From contig KZ537967.1 in NCBI GenBank assembly GCA_000934665.2, forward strand, positions 1-64,000: a stretch of DNA of 64,000 nt, in the 5' to 3' direction. A program made the translations under genes and the position numbers. Under the pieces are notes generated by a model. That model searched no databases, had not been told where the DNA came from, and saw nothing but the letters and a program-made list of their open reading frames with translations. The DNA comes from Catajapyx aquilonaris. Lineage: Eukaryota. How positions within the stretch are numbered: position 1 is the first letter of the stretch; each line of letters starts with the position of its first letter. Positions 23,478 to 37,698 of this stretch are shown here, in pieces.

Positions 23478-26400
23478 TACTAATTGTTATTCAGTGAAAA
23501 ACATACGTCACGTCTAAGCGATATTAGTTAACAACCAAAATCAAAATTTAGCCCATAGCTATGGTGTCCCTATTGAACTTTTTGCTCATTCTTTAAACTT
23601 TTCTGTCTTTTCTTCTCATCTTTTGCCCTTTTGACTCTTCTTTTCGTTTTCAATCATTTCCGTATTTCCTGATCTTTTCGTCTTGATCCGCTGCTTTAGG
23701 TGCAATTAACGTCAGTCATCAATAACAGACCTGAAGTTTATTTTTTCATTGAAGAGGAGCTTATAATGTTGTAAGCGTTTATGTCCAATTATGTGGAAAC
23801 TAGAAACAAACCAATAGATTTCATAAACTACTGGGATCTCCACACGCGGTTTTTGTGTCACCACACTATATTATTTTAAAGCAAGTTAATTTGATATTTG
23901 ACAAACGGGCGCACTCTACATTGTATTTCACACAAAATAAAACCGCCTTTTGTTTCTATAACCCTTGTAATAATTTTCTTTTTTCCAGAAGATGAGCTTC
24001 ATAAGCCCCGAATTGAAACTGGGGATCAAAAATTACGACCTTTTCAGCACCAAAAGTGAATACAAAAAGTTTCCAGAAACAAACGATGTTATCCCCATAT
24101 TTTTTTTTTGCCAACCCCTCCCAGCATTATGACTTACCCCGGACCCAACTAATGTTTTCAATACCGGGCCTTTGCCATAAATAAAACCTTTTCCAATTTG
24201 GATCGTGCCATATAGTCCAAGGGGGCTGGGTTATACATCTGGGGGATGCACCCTCCCTGAAAATTGCCGGGTACATGAAACGACCCTGTTGCCTTTTCCT
24301 ACAGCCATTCCTGTTATCGCAGCTTGAATGGGCCTGTGCGTACGGTATAGAAATCGATACTTTAGGAGAGGATGGGGGCAATTCACACAGGTCACGGAGT
24401 TACTAACCCGGATACAAAATTATGTATATTACCAGTCCATATTTTTCCGGAGCAAAATGTAAAGCAGTATGCCTAATTACATGTTGTGTTAAAATATTTT
24501 AAAATAAACGAAATGGCGCAATATCCTGGGACACACGCAACCCAACAAACATGCTGGTTGCTTATAACCACAGGATACAAACGGCTGTCGATTAGATCTA
24601 ACAAACATTGTGTGTCCTCAATTTTTACAACCCTTTTTTCTCTCCAAACGCACAATTAGGTTAATGGCAATTTATTCCACAAATAAACCGGTCTAATTAA
24701 AGCGTTCGCCAAAAGGGAGTGACACATGACGAAACGCCCTTCAACTTTCACATGCCCCGCACCGAAAACTCTAAGAGGCACTTCCGCACTGAATATATCA
24801 TTAGCCAACTTGCGGCAAATGATTTACAGACCTAGAGTCGATTGTCGAAGTGGAAGGTCGTGACGTCAGGACGGAGTCTTAAGCTCTCTGAGAAATAACC
24901 ACACAACCGAAAGGTCTATTTGCCCTTCCGTCTAGGCGTAACGTAATCTCCGTTGCCGCTGACTTCATCATTCAAATGGAGAGAATAAGAAGAAAAAAAA
25001 AAGGAAAATGATTATGCCCGGCGGAAGCCAATTACCTCCAACCCGCTGTTTCTTTCTGGTATTAATTTTTTAATAAGCTTTTGTGGATTTGGCCCTGGTG
25101 TGCTTGACTTTACCGCTGCATTGTTACAGCATCAGGGAAGAAAATAAAAATCGATGTCCTTTTTAGCACGTATATAAGAGGTCAGCTTTAAGTAAGTGCG
25201 GCATTGACTTGTGATGCGGAAGGTAATTTATATGATTTCCGGTCATGCACCTTGCATATTGTTGTCCATTGTTACATTACAGGGCCAGTGGCATAAAATA
25301 ATGAAATTAATGCCCGATAGATGAAACCATCCATAGCCGCTTCTGTAATGTACACTGTTACAGTATAGATTATATACAAAAATAATTTACTTCAGGCCTT
25401 AAGCGAAATTATATTTAAAATGTGGGGTTGGTACAGTACATGCCGTAATTGATGCAACAAACTCCATTTTATTGCATTCATTACAATTATTATGCGATAA
25501 ATTAGTTTGTCACATATAATGTCCTGATATAACAGTCACGATTGCGCTCACATGTATAAAGCTGTGAATGTAATTGCATACGTTGCCATATCTAATTATT
25601 TAAATGCACGAGCATATACTTGTGACTCACCCTGTAGCGTTGTAAACCCACAAGTTTTTTTTAAATAAAAAAAAATGCGGTCAGCAGACAACTGCAGTGT
25701 ACTGTGACGAGCAAAACCAACATATGCATCCCGCATCATTTTGCAGATGCGACGATCCATTGCCGTGATTAATTCGCGGACAGCAGCCAATTAAACCAAT
25801 TGCAGCCTTTTGTCAAAGCAGATTTTGAATAATAGAAAGTGTCCGAGCGCATGACCGAAAAAATAAGCCAAAAACACAACAATTAATTCTCTTGTCACAA
25901 TATAATGGCCTTTTGCGATGGTAATTACTCGCAAAGATTTAAAAATGTTGAACCGCAAAACAATGCCAGCGGTAAATAGAATCCGGTCAAAAAGAAACAT
26001 TTGTATATACGTTCTCCCAAATGAGCCAGTTCAGGTGAATTTGCACCGCATTGTACTCAAAAACAGATCATTTTTGCAAAAAAATATGGCTCATAAATAA
26101 ATAGAAAACAAATAGATCAATACCTAATGCATGTTTCCCATAGTTGCAAAAATTTTGTTATCAGTCTTCCAACATTTTTTTTTTCCAGGCGCGGCGCAAT
26201 ATTGATCAGGGATATTGGCTTGAACATTCCGGTTAATTAACAGCAGGGTCGGCCTTGTTACATACGGTTATTGTAGTCCGTTCGGTCCTTTCCGGCCACA
26301 TCGGCATTCCGATCAAAATATGCAGGGCTCAAAACCCGTAACGTATTAAACCCGAACTGGAAAGAGAGGGGAAAGGTAGAGCCTTGAATTCAGGATTTGT

Positions 26401-28907
26401 GAACTTGAAAGCATGTTTTGAAAGTCGCGAGTTTATGCTACCGGGACCCCACCTTATAGTGCTTATTACGAGTAATGGAAAAACCATACCGGAATGGGCG
26501 CAGAAAAATGAAGGAAAAAAAAATTTGGGAATTATTTCTCGAGAAGATATTAACCTACTTTCAAATAGCCAGTGGCCATAGCGGAAGTCCTGATACCTAC
26601 GCAGCCTTCATTACAGGTGTACTTTCTTTCCACACCTATGGACCAATCTCCTGAGGGGTGACACTCCCTGATTGCGGTTTATTATAAGGCACCAGGTTAA
26701 GTAAACAATTAATGGGTTCAAAGTTGTCCCATTATTGTCAAAATATAACAATATTGTTTGTCATGAACCCGGAAATTACAGGTACCGTACCTAACTTGGT
26801 ACACAGTGCACTATTAATCCACATTCAGACACACAATTCGTTCCATATACATCTCGTCCTCCATTAGTCTGTGAGGGCAGTGGGTGTGAACACACGAAAA
26901 AACGAACCGAGAGAAAAAAAAACCTGTTTAGGAAGCCCAATAAAAGGCAGAAGGCGACACGCTGCGAGATTCAACCGCCAATTTCCTTCTTTTTGTTGCT
27001 CTATTTAATCATTATGTAAGTACTCGAACCGTGAAGCACTTGTTTGAGTTTCATCATACTAGGCCCAAGAATCGCGACCGTTATTATTTTTTGGCGGGAA
27101 GCATTTTATCCCTCCCCCAACAAGATGGACGCCTCTTTTGTCTACAGCGTCACGCGATGCCCTCCTGGCGCGTTATCTCGACGGAAAAAACCTGGCACGT
27201 ACAGACCTGTGTTGTCACGACGGAATCCGCAGATTCCTCTCAGGTGAGCCTGCCACGTGCCAATTTCTCTCCGGTCCATTTCCACCAGGGGCCGCCCCTC
27301 AGACAGACGTATGTCCTGGAAGGGCCTCCAGGGTAGGGTGGGGAGGCCACCTAACTCACGACCCACCGACCCACTTTTCCTTTCTANNNNGGGGGGGGGG
27401 GGGGCACCTCCCATCTCTCTTCCTTGCCAGTCAAGGAACCTAAGCAAGTCTTTTGTTCCAGCCCCCCCATGTTTTGTTTTTTTGTTTTTCGCTGAATGTT
27501 ATATCGTGCTCTAGTTCCGGTGGGGCAGGCGCAGAGGTGAATGAATCAAGGATTACTGCCTGAAGATTAAAAAGAACTGAGAGGAAAAAATTGCATATCT
27601 GTATAGGTTAAGCTGTGTGAAAGTGAAATTAAATCATGGATTACCAAACAGCCGGAGCCCTCAATTATGACTTTAGGTAGGTTCTACTACCTACCTACTA
27701 TTCATGCGAAATAATTTCTAATTTACTGATGGGGAAGAGGGGGGGAGGGTTTGCAAACGGTTAAACTGCCGGGCGTCACGTGAATGCTCGTAATAAGTCG
27801 TGCTAAATTATTTCGAGCCGCCCAGTAATTACGGTGTTACGAGTGACTCAAGCTCACATTATTTCAAATTCGCGCAAAAAAGTAGTGGAATATATTCCCC
27901 TTTATTGTAATGTACGGCGTGTAAAATTACACAGAAAGGTGCAATAAGACTTAAATACGGCGATAACAGCACCGTTTAAAGTCCCAGTGTCGGAAATAAT
28001 AATAATATTAATAATAATAATACTCTGCTAATGAACAAAATAATTAGGATAAAACCGACCCGGACACTGAGATAAGACCAATCCAACGTTTACCATATTA
28101 GATATGTGATGACCTTGCATGCGAATTTTATCTGCAATTTTCTATTGTGATCCAGCCTAGTGTCAACCCCATCAAAATTCATTTTCGTGAGCTTGTATTT
28201 ATATTGTTGCCTTACAAATCCTCTGTCATGGCCGGTTATTGTCGCCTCTTTTGTACGGGTCCATGAACCAGCAACAACAACAAAAAAATTTAATCAGGAT
28301 GCCTTTTATGGCATATCCCAAAAGAAAGTGTCGCCCCTGCGAATTGTACTGTCGCATAACCTTAATAGACACGCACCGGAATTCGATATGCTAAGATATC
28401 GAAAGAGAAAACTCGTCACGTTCGAAGGTTGTTCACACCAAACTTCCTATTGGTAGTCGCCCATTCACGTAGATTTCACCTTGTGATTGTGACCTGCAGT
28501 GACCGAAAATGGCAACATGCGTCGTGTCCCTGCAAATATGCGTGCCAATTATTATTTGTGTCTTATCTTACACTGAAAAATGTTGGTACGTTTAGACTAG
28601 CCACAATCAGCTTATATATATGTTTTAATTTAACATTGTTGCAGGCTATATGCAGATTTTCCTCCTAATTATTATTTTAATGCGATCGTGTCCACATTCG
28701 CAATTTTCTGCCTATAAGAACGATTACACCTATTTGGACGCCAGCTCCCAACATAGCCAATTTCCAATCTGAATATTCGCCTGTGAACATTCTCCCCCTC
28801 CATTGAAAATTTACAACCCTCACTGTCATAAACGCTTGGCGACCCGTTCCAAATGTTAATTCGTCCTGAACTTGGTCGAATCCAGCAATTCACCCCCCCC
28901 CCCCCCC

Positions 28908-28925
28908 NNNNNNNNNNNNNNNNNN
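28908..28925. other. Assembly gap (18 N) next to a poly-C run
   Basis: Run of N. Smaller N calls also occur inside G/C homopolymers at 1984, 27387-27390 and 45078. Confidence 0.95.
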
Positions 28926-29867
28926 TTAGCAGCCGGAAGGCAATATGTCCTTTAGACCTATTGCCCTCCCACAGTCCATGACCTATTTCACTCTATACTT
29001 CCCATCAATTGAAAATGTGTGTGGAAAATCCGATCGAAACAAAACCCCCCTCCACCACCCTAAAAACTGGGCCAAAGTCACCTCCATATCGGGGAGACAA
29101 TTTTTATTCGCCAACTTTGGAATTTGAGCTCGACACTGAAACTCCAGTGAAAGTTCGCACACTTTTTTTTCTCTCTGTCTCTCTCTCCAAAAAGTTCTCT
29201 CGTCGGAATCAGGTTTTCTGGATGAAGTTAAAGGAGTAGCTCATTGACATGTCCTGCTGGCCAGAGTCCACTGGAAAATCTCTCTCTCTGGCTAGTTTTC
29301 CCTTACAATATCCATTTCGCCCGAAGGAATGTACCGGCATTCATTATGGTCTGGAGCGAGATATATGACAAACGGCCAAGGAAGGTGAAATTCAGTATCA
29401 CTTTTTTTTTTTGTTGGATACCACCTAGATGAAATTTTCGAGATCATTACGCAGTCCGTTCCTGTGAATAATTCGAGTCCATATGGCATGTACTCCGAGT
29501 TACGTGGACGTTGTAACCACACGCTGCGAACGAACAAGGAAATGAAATCAGTGCCAGATATTAAAACTAGGGAGCTGAATAAGACATGTTTAAACGTGCT
29601 CCGGTTTTAATTTCTGGGCAGAAGGAAAAGGGTCGTGCCCTAAAGAGGAATTACAGACCATTGAGGGGGGTAAAACGTATCAACATCATCCAAGCGACGC
29701 GAATGTAACAGAAAGGCAGAAATTGGGTCTGGACATTTCGATTTCCTTAATAGAAAGGTGTTATGTAACGTCAGTGGCCACAATTTGTCAATTTTGCAAT
29801 GGTTAAAAATTTTTAAACAAATTACTTCGCAGGGAAGGAGGTGTTACAGGAGAGACGATGTTAACTC

Positions 29868-29973
29868 GCCGCTCCCAACTTGCAACTGAGAAGTTCCTCA
29901 ACCCATTGCGCATGCGCCGCACGTGTCCAATCGGAAGCGTCGTGGTAACAATATACGGCGGACCACTCAGAAG
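29868..29973 (-). repeat. Dispersed ATTGG/GCGCATGCGC repeat, copy 3
   Basis: Reverse complement reads TTCTGAGTGGTCCGCCGTATATTGTTACCACGACGCTTCCGATTGG..GCGCATGCGCAATGGG. Confidence 0.75.
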
Positions 29974-32030
29974 GCGTATACAGATTGTATGCACCTATAT
30001 GAATTCTTTCAGTACTTTTAACACCTATGATCAAACCTGTATTAAAACTGACCATTCTTAAGTCAAGGCCACAGTTTTACAACTTGGCACTTGCTGGATA
30101 ACCAAAACATGGCACACATATCTGGAATGTCCAGCCACCAGGAAGGGGTCAGCTGGCAAACCCTGCTAGAAAGGAAGGCCAACGCCCCTTTGGCAAGCAC
30201 ACCAACAGTTAGAAGTAAAAAATGGACAACCGAGGCATGGAAATTGCACAGGTCCAATTATCATTCTCCCCCTTCGATTGTCGCTGGCAGAAAACGTGAG
30301 GCATTTGGGATCCGGGACCGTGCTCTGGTTTTTTTTCCCCCCCCCTGCGAATTTTTTCTCTGTAGGGAGGGGTACTCTAGATTTGCGAATAGAACTCGGG
30401 CTATATTTGGTGGGGGGTGATTTGTGCTGAGGGGGGGTAACCCCGCCCCTGCTAACTCACGCACGCATGGATTTGAGACCAAGGAAAGGGAAAGGAGACT
30501 GCTCTCAGATGCTAACCTGAATTGCAAAAAAGAAAAAAAATTTGCACAAAATTTTTGGCCTGGGTAAGTGAAGTTACAACGATTTATTAGGTCGTCAGAG
30601 GTGCAAACCGCTCCGTGTTTTACTGGGGGTGTAATTTGCTCCGAATTAAATATTGGTACGAGCCATGGCTTGCAGCTAGGGTGAATAGGTCAATGTTACA
30701 GCAGCCAGAGTGACCCACAATCACTTGGAGAGACTTGTATTAAATCACGTCTACCTGCACATGGGAGGGACCCACCCGCCCACAATGCCGTTTGTTTTTT
30801 CTTTTAAAGCTTAAAAAAAATACAACAAGGAATGTGCCAAAATGCAGTTTCCCAGCAGCAGATCCCATTTTCTTCCCAGTTACGCCATAAGGAGTTTTCC
30901 CTTTCCTTGGGATTCAAATTTTGGTTTACGACCTACTCTCGACGAATATTAAAAGAACAGTGTCTTATCTCGTTGGAAGTTTTCTCTCGGCTGTCATTGC
31001 GTCGTAAAAAGAATGGTTGTAAATTGCTTTTTTTTTTTTTCGAGAACTAGGACTCACACATGCTGTCACATATTTGTTACCTGGATAATATGAACAGGTG
31101 TAACGACCTTGTGGGGGGGGGGACAAAAATGGCAACACTGTTCAATTCGCAGGTATGATTGGCAACCAATGGTGGGTTCGCTGATTTCTATTGTTTACAG
31201 ACAATGTCGTATCATAAGTAAGCAGTAGCCTAGGAGTTGGACAGAGACGACTCACCCTGTACGGGCATGCAGGCCGTATATCACTCTAATGCGATTCATT
31301 GGGCGGGTATTTCGTCCTTCTGCCTGAATTAGCAGTGTGTGTCAACAACTTACAGCCAGAGTAACACTGGAGGAAGCTTATGGAAGAAGGAAGGACGAAA
31401 AACCCACCTAGAATGATATCATTAGTGTAATGAAAAAAATTAGTCAAATTGAGCAAATGTTTGGAAAAAAATTTTGAACATAAGTTGGGAACATCACGAT
31501 AGCGTTTTTTGTGGTGATTTATTGTGTAAAATGTATTTAATTATTAAGTGGCTATTTATGGCTTCTTTGTCTTGATTTCAAGGCGATTCAATTTACAAAA
31601 AAGCTAAAACTGACAAAAGTAGCCCGCATCAGGAAGTAATTGGCATTCCGGACCTACAAAACGCAATATGGAGTAATATACACCGGCGTTTCAATGTCGC
31701 TGCACCTTTAGCCTTGTCAGTAAAAGATAAAAGCATTTTCCCTTTTGGTCCCTGCCCGTCGGTGTCACAAGGTCGGTCCCTTTTGGAAACAACTATCCCC
31801 CCAACACTTTTACGATCCTGATCGCAAAATAGCTTTCCTCCTCCACCAAAAAAAGTATAAGGAATTTTATTGCTTGGCCCCCCCTTGGAGAGTTGGGGGG
31901 TCGAGGCAGTGCGAATGCCAATCGAGTGCAAAAGTGAAGAGGTTGAGGATGCAAAAATTTTCTTTTCTTGAGAGCTCTCTGAGGGGCCCTTCCCAACAGC
32001 CAAGCAGCAGCGGCGTTCAAGGTAGCCTCG

Positions 32031-32038
32031 TATAAAAG
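32031..32038 (+). promoter_or_regulatory. TATA box of CP-D
   Basis: TATAAAAG about 100 nt upstream of the proposed first coding exon. Confidence 0.55.
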
Positions 32039-32133
32039 CAAGAAAAAGACGAGGACTTTCGCCAAAGTCCACGTGGAAAGCTAAGTTGCATGCGGCAGTG
32101 GTGCAACCGGGTGTTACAGGAGGTCACTTGAGG

Positions 32134-32145
32134 ATGCGGTTAGTG
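32134..32145 (+). CDS. CP-D exon 1 (12-nt coding micro-exon)
   Basis: aggATG CGG TTA GTG|gtaagt = MRLV, phase 0. It completes the signal peptide MRLVIPLLLLGALAFDLCLAQ across a 5.55-kb intron. Confidence 0.68.
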
Positions 32146-35100
32146 GTAAGTGATGGCACACCATCTTCAAGATGCTGAAGAGTTGGTGGGGGCGCGGATA
32201 TCCGTGTGATTTGTGTCGTGAAGTGATGCTAACGAGAAGGACTTTTTTTATTTTGTGGAAAAAAAATATATATTTGTTGAGGGACTGGTGGCATTGGGTG
32301 CAAGGATTCAGTGATTGGCCCAAAAATTGTGGATCATTTGAGCTAAAATCAGCAAAAATTAGTGACACCAATTAGGAGCACCAGACAAAATATTAGCCCA
32401 AAAATATTTAGAGAAAAAGAGGTATGCCCATACCCAGTTCACAACTGTATTAATAAATTTGCACTCAATAATATAATTTTTGAAAATAGGTTCATGCAAC
32501 AATAAATTCGACTTTTGAATATTCTGAACATTTGTGCCATTTTGTTCAGGTCGCATCAAATTGATGATAAATTCTGAACTACATGTACCATTTTTTTTTG
32601 CATTTGCACTTTTTTTTTGCTCTACAATATTATTATATGTATTTTTGGAACGAGCTGATTCGACATTATTACGAGTATATCCATCAGAGTAAGCAGTAGA
32701 ATAACCCAGTTTCGTACAGAGCTGTGCAAATTTACATATTGCAATAGTGGAACATGATTGTACCCTATGCAATAACGTCGAGTTTGCACTGCGCAGAGCA
32801 AATATGAGAAAAACCGCAATATATTCCCCATACGGGGGGGATGTATCGGTCGCAAAAAAAATAATTCCCAACAAATACAGCGCGACGATTAGCATTAATA
32901 GTCCACTTTGTGCAATTATCCCTCGCCCGCTACAAAATTGGCAGTTACACCTGTACCCAATGTCAACAAGTGGCACTTGTTGATACGCCCGCAAAATTTT
33001 GCAAGCAAATAAAATTTTCACGGGTTATCAGCATTGTGTTTCACACTCAATTGTTTTTACGACACATTATTATTTGGACTGGTTGTTGACCCCACCGCAC
33101 CATTTCTAGTTACCTTCTTTTTATTGTGTGTGCAATACCTGCTTCCAAATTACATTGTATAACAATCGAGGCGGAAATTACACTTCACCCAGTTCTTTCC
33201 ATGCAACAAATGCAACCTTGACGAGTTACGACAAAAGAAAACTGGACTACACTGTCATCATCATGTGGAATGCAGGTCATAAGAAACGAAGTGTTAGGAA
33301 GACGGTACAGGAAAAAAAAAACCTCTGTGCAAAATAATGCAAGCACGCGAAAAGGAAGGAAGGCAATTTTTTGAATGAAGGTGTCCACAGGACTTCCGTG
33401 CCTGAAGCCAAAGAAAACTTTCGCTTGTCCCCTCCTCTTTTTGCCCTCCTTCCCAAGCCCCGAAGTCTCTTTTGCCACCTCGGAAAAGAAAGAAGTAAAA
33501 GAAAAAATTCGGAGCAGAAGCAGCAGCCAGAAGCCACACCCCGGAATCCCAGAGAAAACTTTCTCCGGAGGTACCAACCACTCCTTCCCCAATTTTTTTT
33601 CTTTTCTTCTTTCTTGGAACCTCCTTCCACACACACACACCCTTTCCACAAATGCTCCCCAAATCCCAATTCCGGTTTCGATCCGTCTGTTTTCTCGATC
33701 TTGGAGCCAACAAGTGCTAGGTGGCATTGGGTTAACAACAACAACAAGAGAGAGAGAAAAAATGTTTGGTGAGAGAGAGAGAGAGAACTTTCCCTCTTAG
33801 CATAATTATTTATTGCGTAAAAAATATATTGAATGGAGGGGGTTGTAAGATTCGGGCCAATGTCACTTTCAAAGAGGTGTGATCGAATAGAGGTGCGCGA
33901 AAGTGGAGTGTCTAAATGTGTGATTTTGATAACCTGGTTTGTTCAAATGGGTTTCTATATTTGGATTGGATAGGAAGCGTGAGATATCAATTTGAGCCAA
34001 TAGCTTTTTTAATGATACGTTTCTTTTTTTGATATTCTGACATTTCCTGTTAGTATAACTAAGCAAAAAAATTTTTTGATTCAAACTAATGCACGTGATT
34101 GCAAAAATGAAAGCGGTTCTCATGCTTTGATAAAAAAAATGTGACGCAAGACTGTCATACTTAAGTGCTCTAAATATGGTACCGCCAATGTGCCTTAGGC
34201 CAATATTTTTCTACTATACTAAAAATAATTGATATATTATTGCACAATTCCCGACAATTAATATGGCACAGTTTTAGCAAATATTGAAAAACCATGAGAT
34301 AATTGTTTACAAATGTGGCCAAATGTGCTATACAAGTAGACATTGCACTTTTTATTAATTATTTTGTCGTGTTATCTATTTGGGTTTTTACAATAGCTAT
34401 GACAATACATTTTGTAAGAGCATGTGCCCCACGTGTGTGTGATCTAATAAATAGATATTCATATTAGCACAAGTTGGCCTTATGTAAGTAAAACGTTAAA
34501 GGTGAGAACTGTCGACTAATGACCGGACACATTAAATGTTTAATCAGCATTGTATCAAACATTTAATCCACCCTATAAATGTAGGCATTTGGCGTAACCA
34601 ACCTATAGAGAGTCGCGATTAAATCTGCAAAAACATGCGAGCTGTTAAAATTGCTTGAAAAATAATTCCGCCCCCTCTGGCACAGTTTTGTGTGAGAAAA
34701 TGAACCGTGATAAAAGCACTTTTCTTGGTCGGGGTCTGCTATTTTTATTAGGACGAACCCGAAGGCCAACCCGTAACAAAAGGACGTGTATTCCACCGCA
34801 AAACACCTTCTTTTTTATTTTTATTTGCCCCAACCTTGGCACATTGGAAAGTCATGGATACAGAACCACACCCTCACACAGCATATATACCCATGGGAAG
34901 ACTCCACCAGAATCAAAGGAATGAAGAGAAAAAAAAGTTATTAATTTTGTAAGATTGCTCAAATGTGGGTTATTCAGAGGCGTAGTTTACGTTCACCCCC
35001 TGATTTTACAGTTCAACAGTAAGAGGGATGATTACTGCAATAGAAAGATTTTCTATTTACATATAAGGAGGTAGGAATTTACGGAATAAGTAATTAGTCG

Positions 35101-37698
35101 TACTGTACACACAACGAATTAATGGAAGTGCGCATGAGGTAAATTTCAGGAACAATATAGGCCACTTTGGATGTAGATTTTGACGTCATTTTTTTACACG
35201 TAAATATTACACTAAATTTTTGCACTTACCATTCAGTGAGGAGTTAAAGAGTGTGGAAAATTAATTGAAAAAAATAACACTTATTCATGGTGGAGCTTAC
35301 TAATTTTACCGCTTTGCTTACTGGTTGCTGGGTTAGACAATCTTTGAGATATGGGCATGAGTAGAAATGCGTCTCCTCTTATTGTTCATCGGCCAATTGC
35401 ATCCCGAGGCGGGAAGGAGAAGTTGTTTTATCTTCTCTTTTGCACACAATATTATTTTTTTAAAAGGGCAGCTATTAGCTACAAGAATGGAGATGTATCC
35501 CTCCTCAAGAAAGAAAGCCTTGCGGGTAATGAGCATGCTTGTTATCTTCCACGTTCATAGAGTTCTTGTCAGGGAAAGCGGATTCAGAACCTCCTTTTGT
35601 TTTCCAAGTGTCCTTGCGGCACTTTTGCTGCAACAACGGATGAACACCACCTTCTTCTTTTTTTTAAAAGTCTGCCCCCCTCTCCATACCTTGAAGAAAC
35701 ACATCCTTTTAAGGACTTGCCAACTAGCTGAAAATTCTTCGAGGATATGTACCGCAATAAATTGTGGAGCGAAAAGGACATACCCGATCTAAACATGACA
35801 TGAAAATCAGTGTTTCCGTATGAAAAAGGCAACAATACCATTGCCCAAAAAAAAAGTAAAGGTAACGAATGTGTGGAATAGACATGAAGGACGTATGCAT
35901 TAGACTCTCTAATTTATGTTCACTAATTTTCTATTGATTTTTTTTCAGCTAACATTTTATTAAATATTACACTTCAATTGACAGAAAATTGATTCTCAAA
36001 GAATTCAGAGTTTCAGACAGTTGGCAGAAATGTTTCACTCGATATTAATAATGAGCACTACTCAAATTTGAGTTGAAAAACACTTAGCAAATTATATTTT
36101 TGACAAAATTATGCTAGAGTGAGTAAAGCGACTCTTGTAATTTAATTTAAATGAACATTTTCCTTAGCTGACAATTGTGACAAATGTGGACTGTCACATG
36201 CATTTTTATCGCAGTCAGATTCGGAAGTGACGTGTTGTCATTGCGATTTTTTTTTCTCATTTCTCACAAGGATGTGACATTCTTTAATTTGTGGACAAGT
36301 CTCCAGCTGTGTCCTGGGAGTGTCGTCCTGTGTGTGTGTGCTTTGGCGACAAATCAAGGCGCGGGCCTGTGTACATTTCGGACGCGAAATCGCCCCAACC
36401 TTGACATTTTCACAACAATATCAACTGGATCGGGGTGTGCTCTGCCCCATGCCACGACTGATTAGCACTTTCCTCCTTAGAAAGTACACCGATTTATATG
36501 TACTCTTGCCAAACCGGAAAGTCCGCCCGTTTCTAATAACCCGGACTTTTCTACTATAGGAAAAAAAAATAATAGGAGATTGGGCGAAGGGCGTTTGAAG
36601 GACGATGTGATGTTATGGTAATCCTTATGGCATATTCGCATACTAAAAGAGTGGGTTGCCGATGACAAATATTTGCATGCGATTGGGCTACATACTTCCA
36701 GCCCTTCCCACATATACATATATGGAGTAAATGGAGCTACGATCACGTTCAACTGACAGGTACAACCGGTACTGTACCGAAACAATAAGTTGCGCCCAGG
36801 AGGGTCCATCCATACATGGCAAATACATAACAAAATTTCGACAGTGACCATTCTTGACCTTGGTACGGATGTGCTACAGACCGTGATCCTTTTTTCCCTA
36901 TTGCTAATTAGGTCCTCGATGATGATAATCCGGTGCCGAAGGAACAATCCAATCCTAATTAGGAAAGCCGAAGGACTGTGGAGTCAATTTACAGATGGAT
37001 TCCCGCCTGCCTTTGTACAAACCGTTTAATTGTACTGTGCGACGTGAATTGCTAACAATGGCTCTCGAAGTCTTGTCTCGCCATTGGCGCCTCTTACAAA
37101 CCTAGCATTTATCAACTGACAGATAAATTACACGCTTTGTCACAATCTCAGAAAATAGCGGTACCGGCCATTTAAGCAGTTACATTGCAATTTACATTTA
37201 TTTCGTATCATTAGCGTCGCATGCAGGCTCTTGCATAAGGTGTACGTGTATTATAAATGAGACCTTGTGAATGACACACTCCGCTGGAAGATAAAAAGGA
37301 GCCCTTTCGTATACAACAATGCCAGTACACTTTAAAATCATGCCGATTTCTCTTCCGACTACAACTGTCATGCAATATTTAGGCCACTTTGAATGCCATT
37401 AGGGAAGTGCTTTCAGTTTGGCAACGGAGCACATATTATAAAATCATAAACAGTGCTTCAAATGTTGTTGGGCAGTCAAAGGCCGTGTGAAGCACCTTGT
37501 AGTATGAGAATTATATAGACACTTGGTATATGCTCATATTGCTCATTTTTGGGCGCCAACCTTGCCCCGTCATTGTTTCCGCACCTTTTTGTGCTGCTCC
37601 TGCCGCCTTACCTTGTCCTAATTAAGAAGCAAGATCTAACAGTTAGGAAAACGTGAGGTGAGAGCCAAATTTAATAACAGAGCCGGTCGTCCTTGCAG

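Noticed and set aside
32359..33800. 220-aa ORF 32359..33021 and stacked ORFs at 33185-33800
   Set aside because: AT-rich or purine/pyrimidine-skewed sequence in CP-D intron 1 with no recognisable domain.
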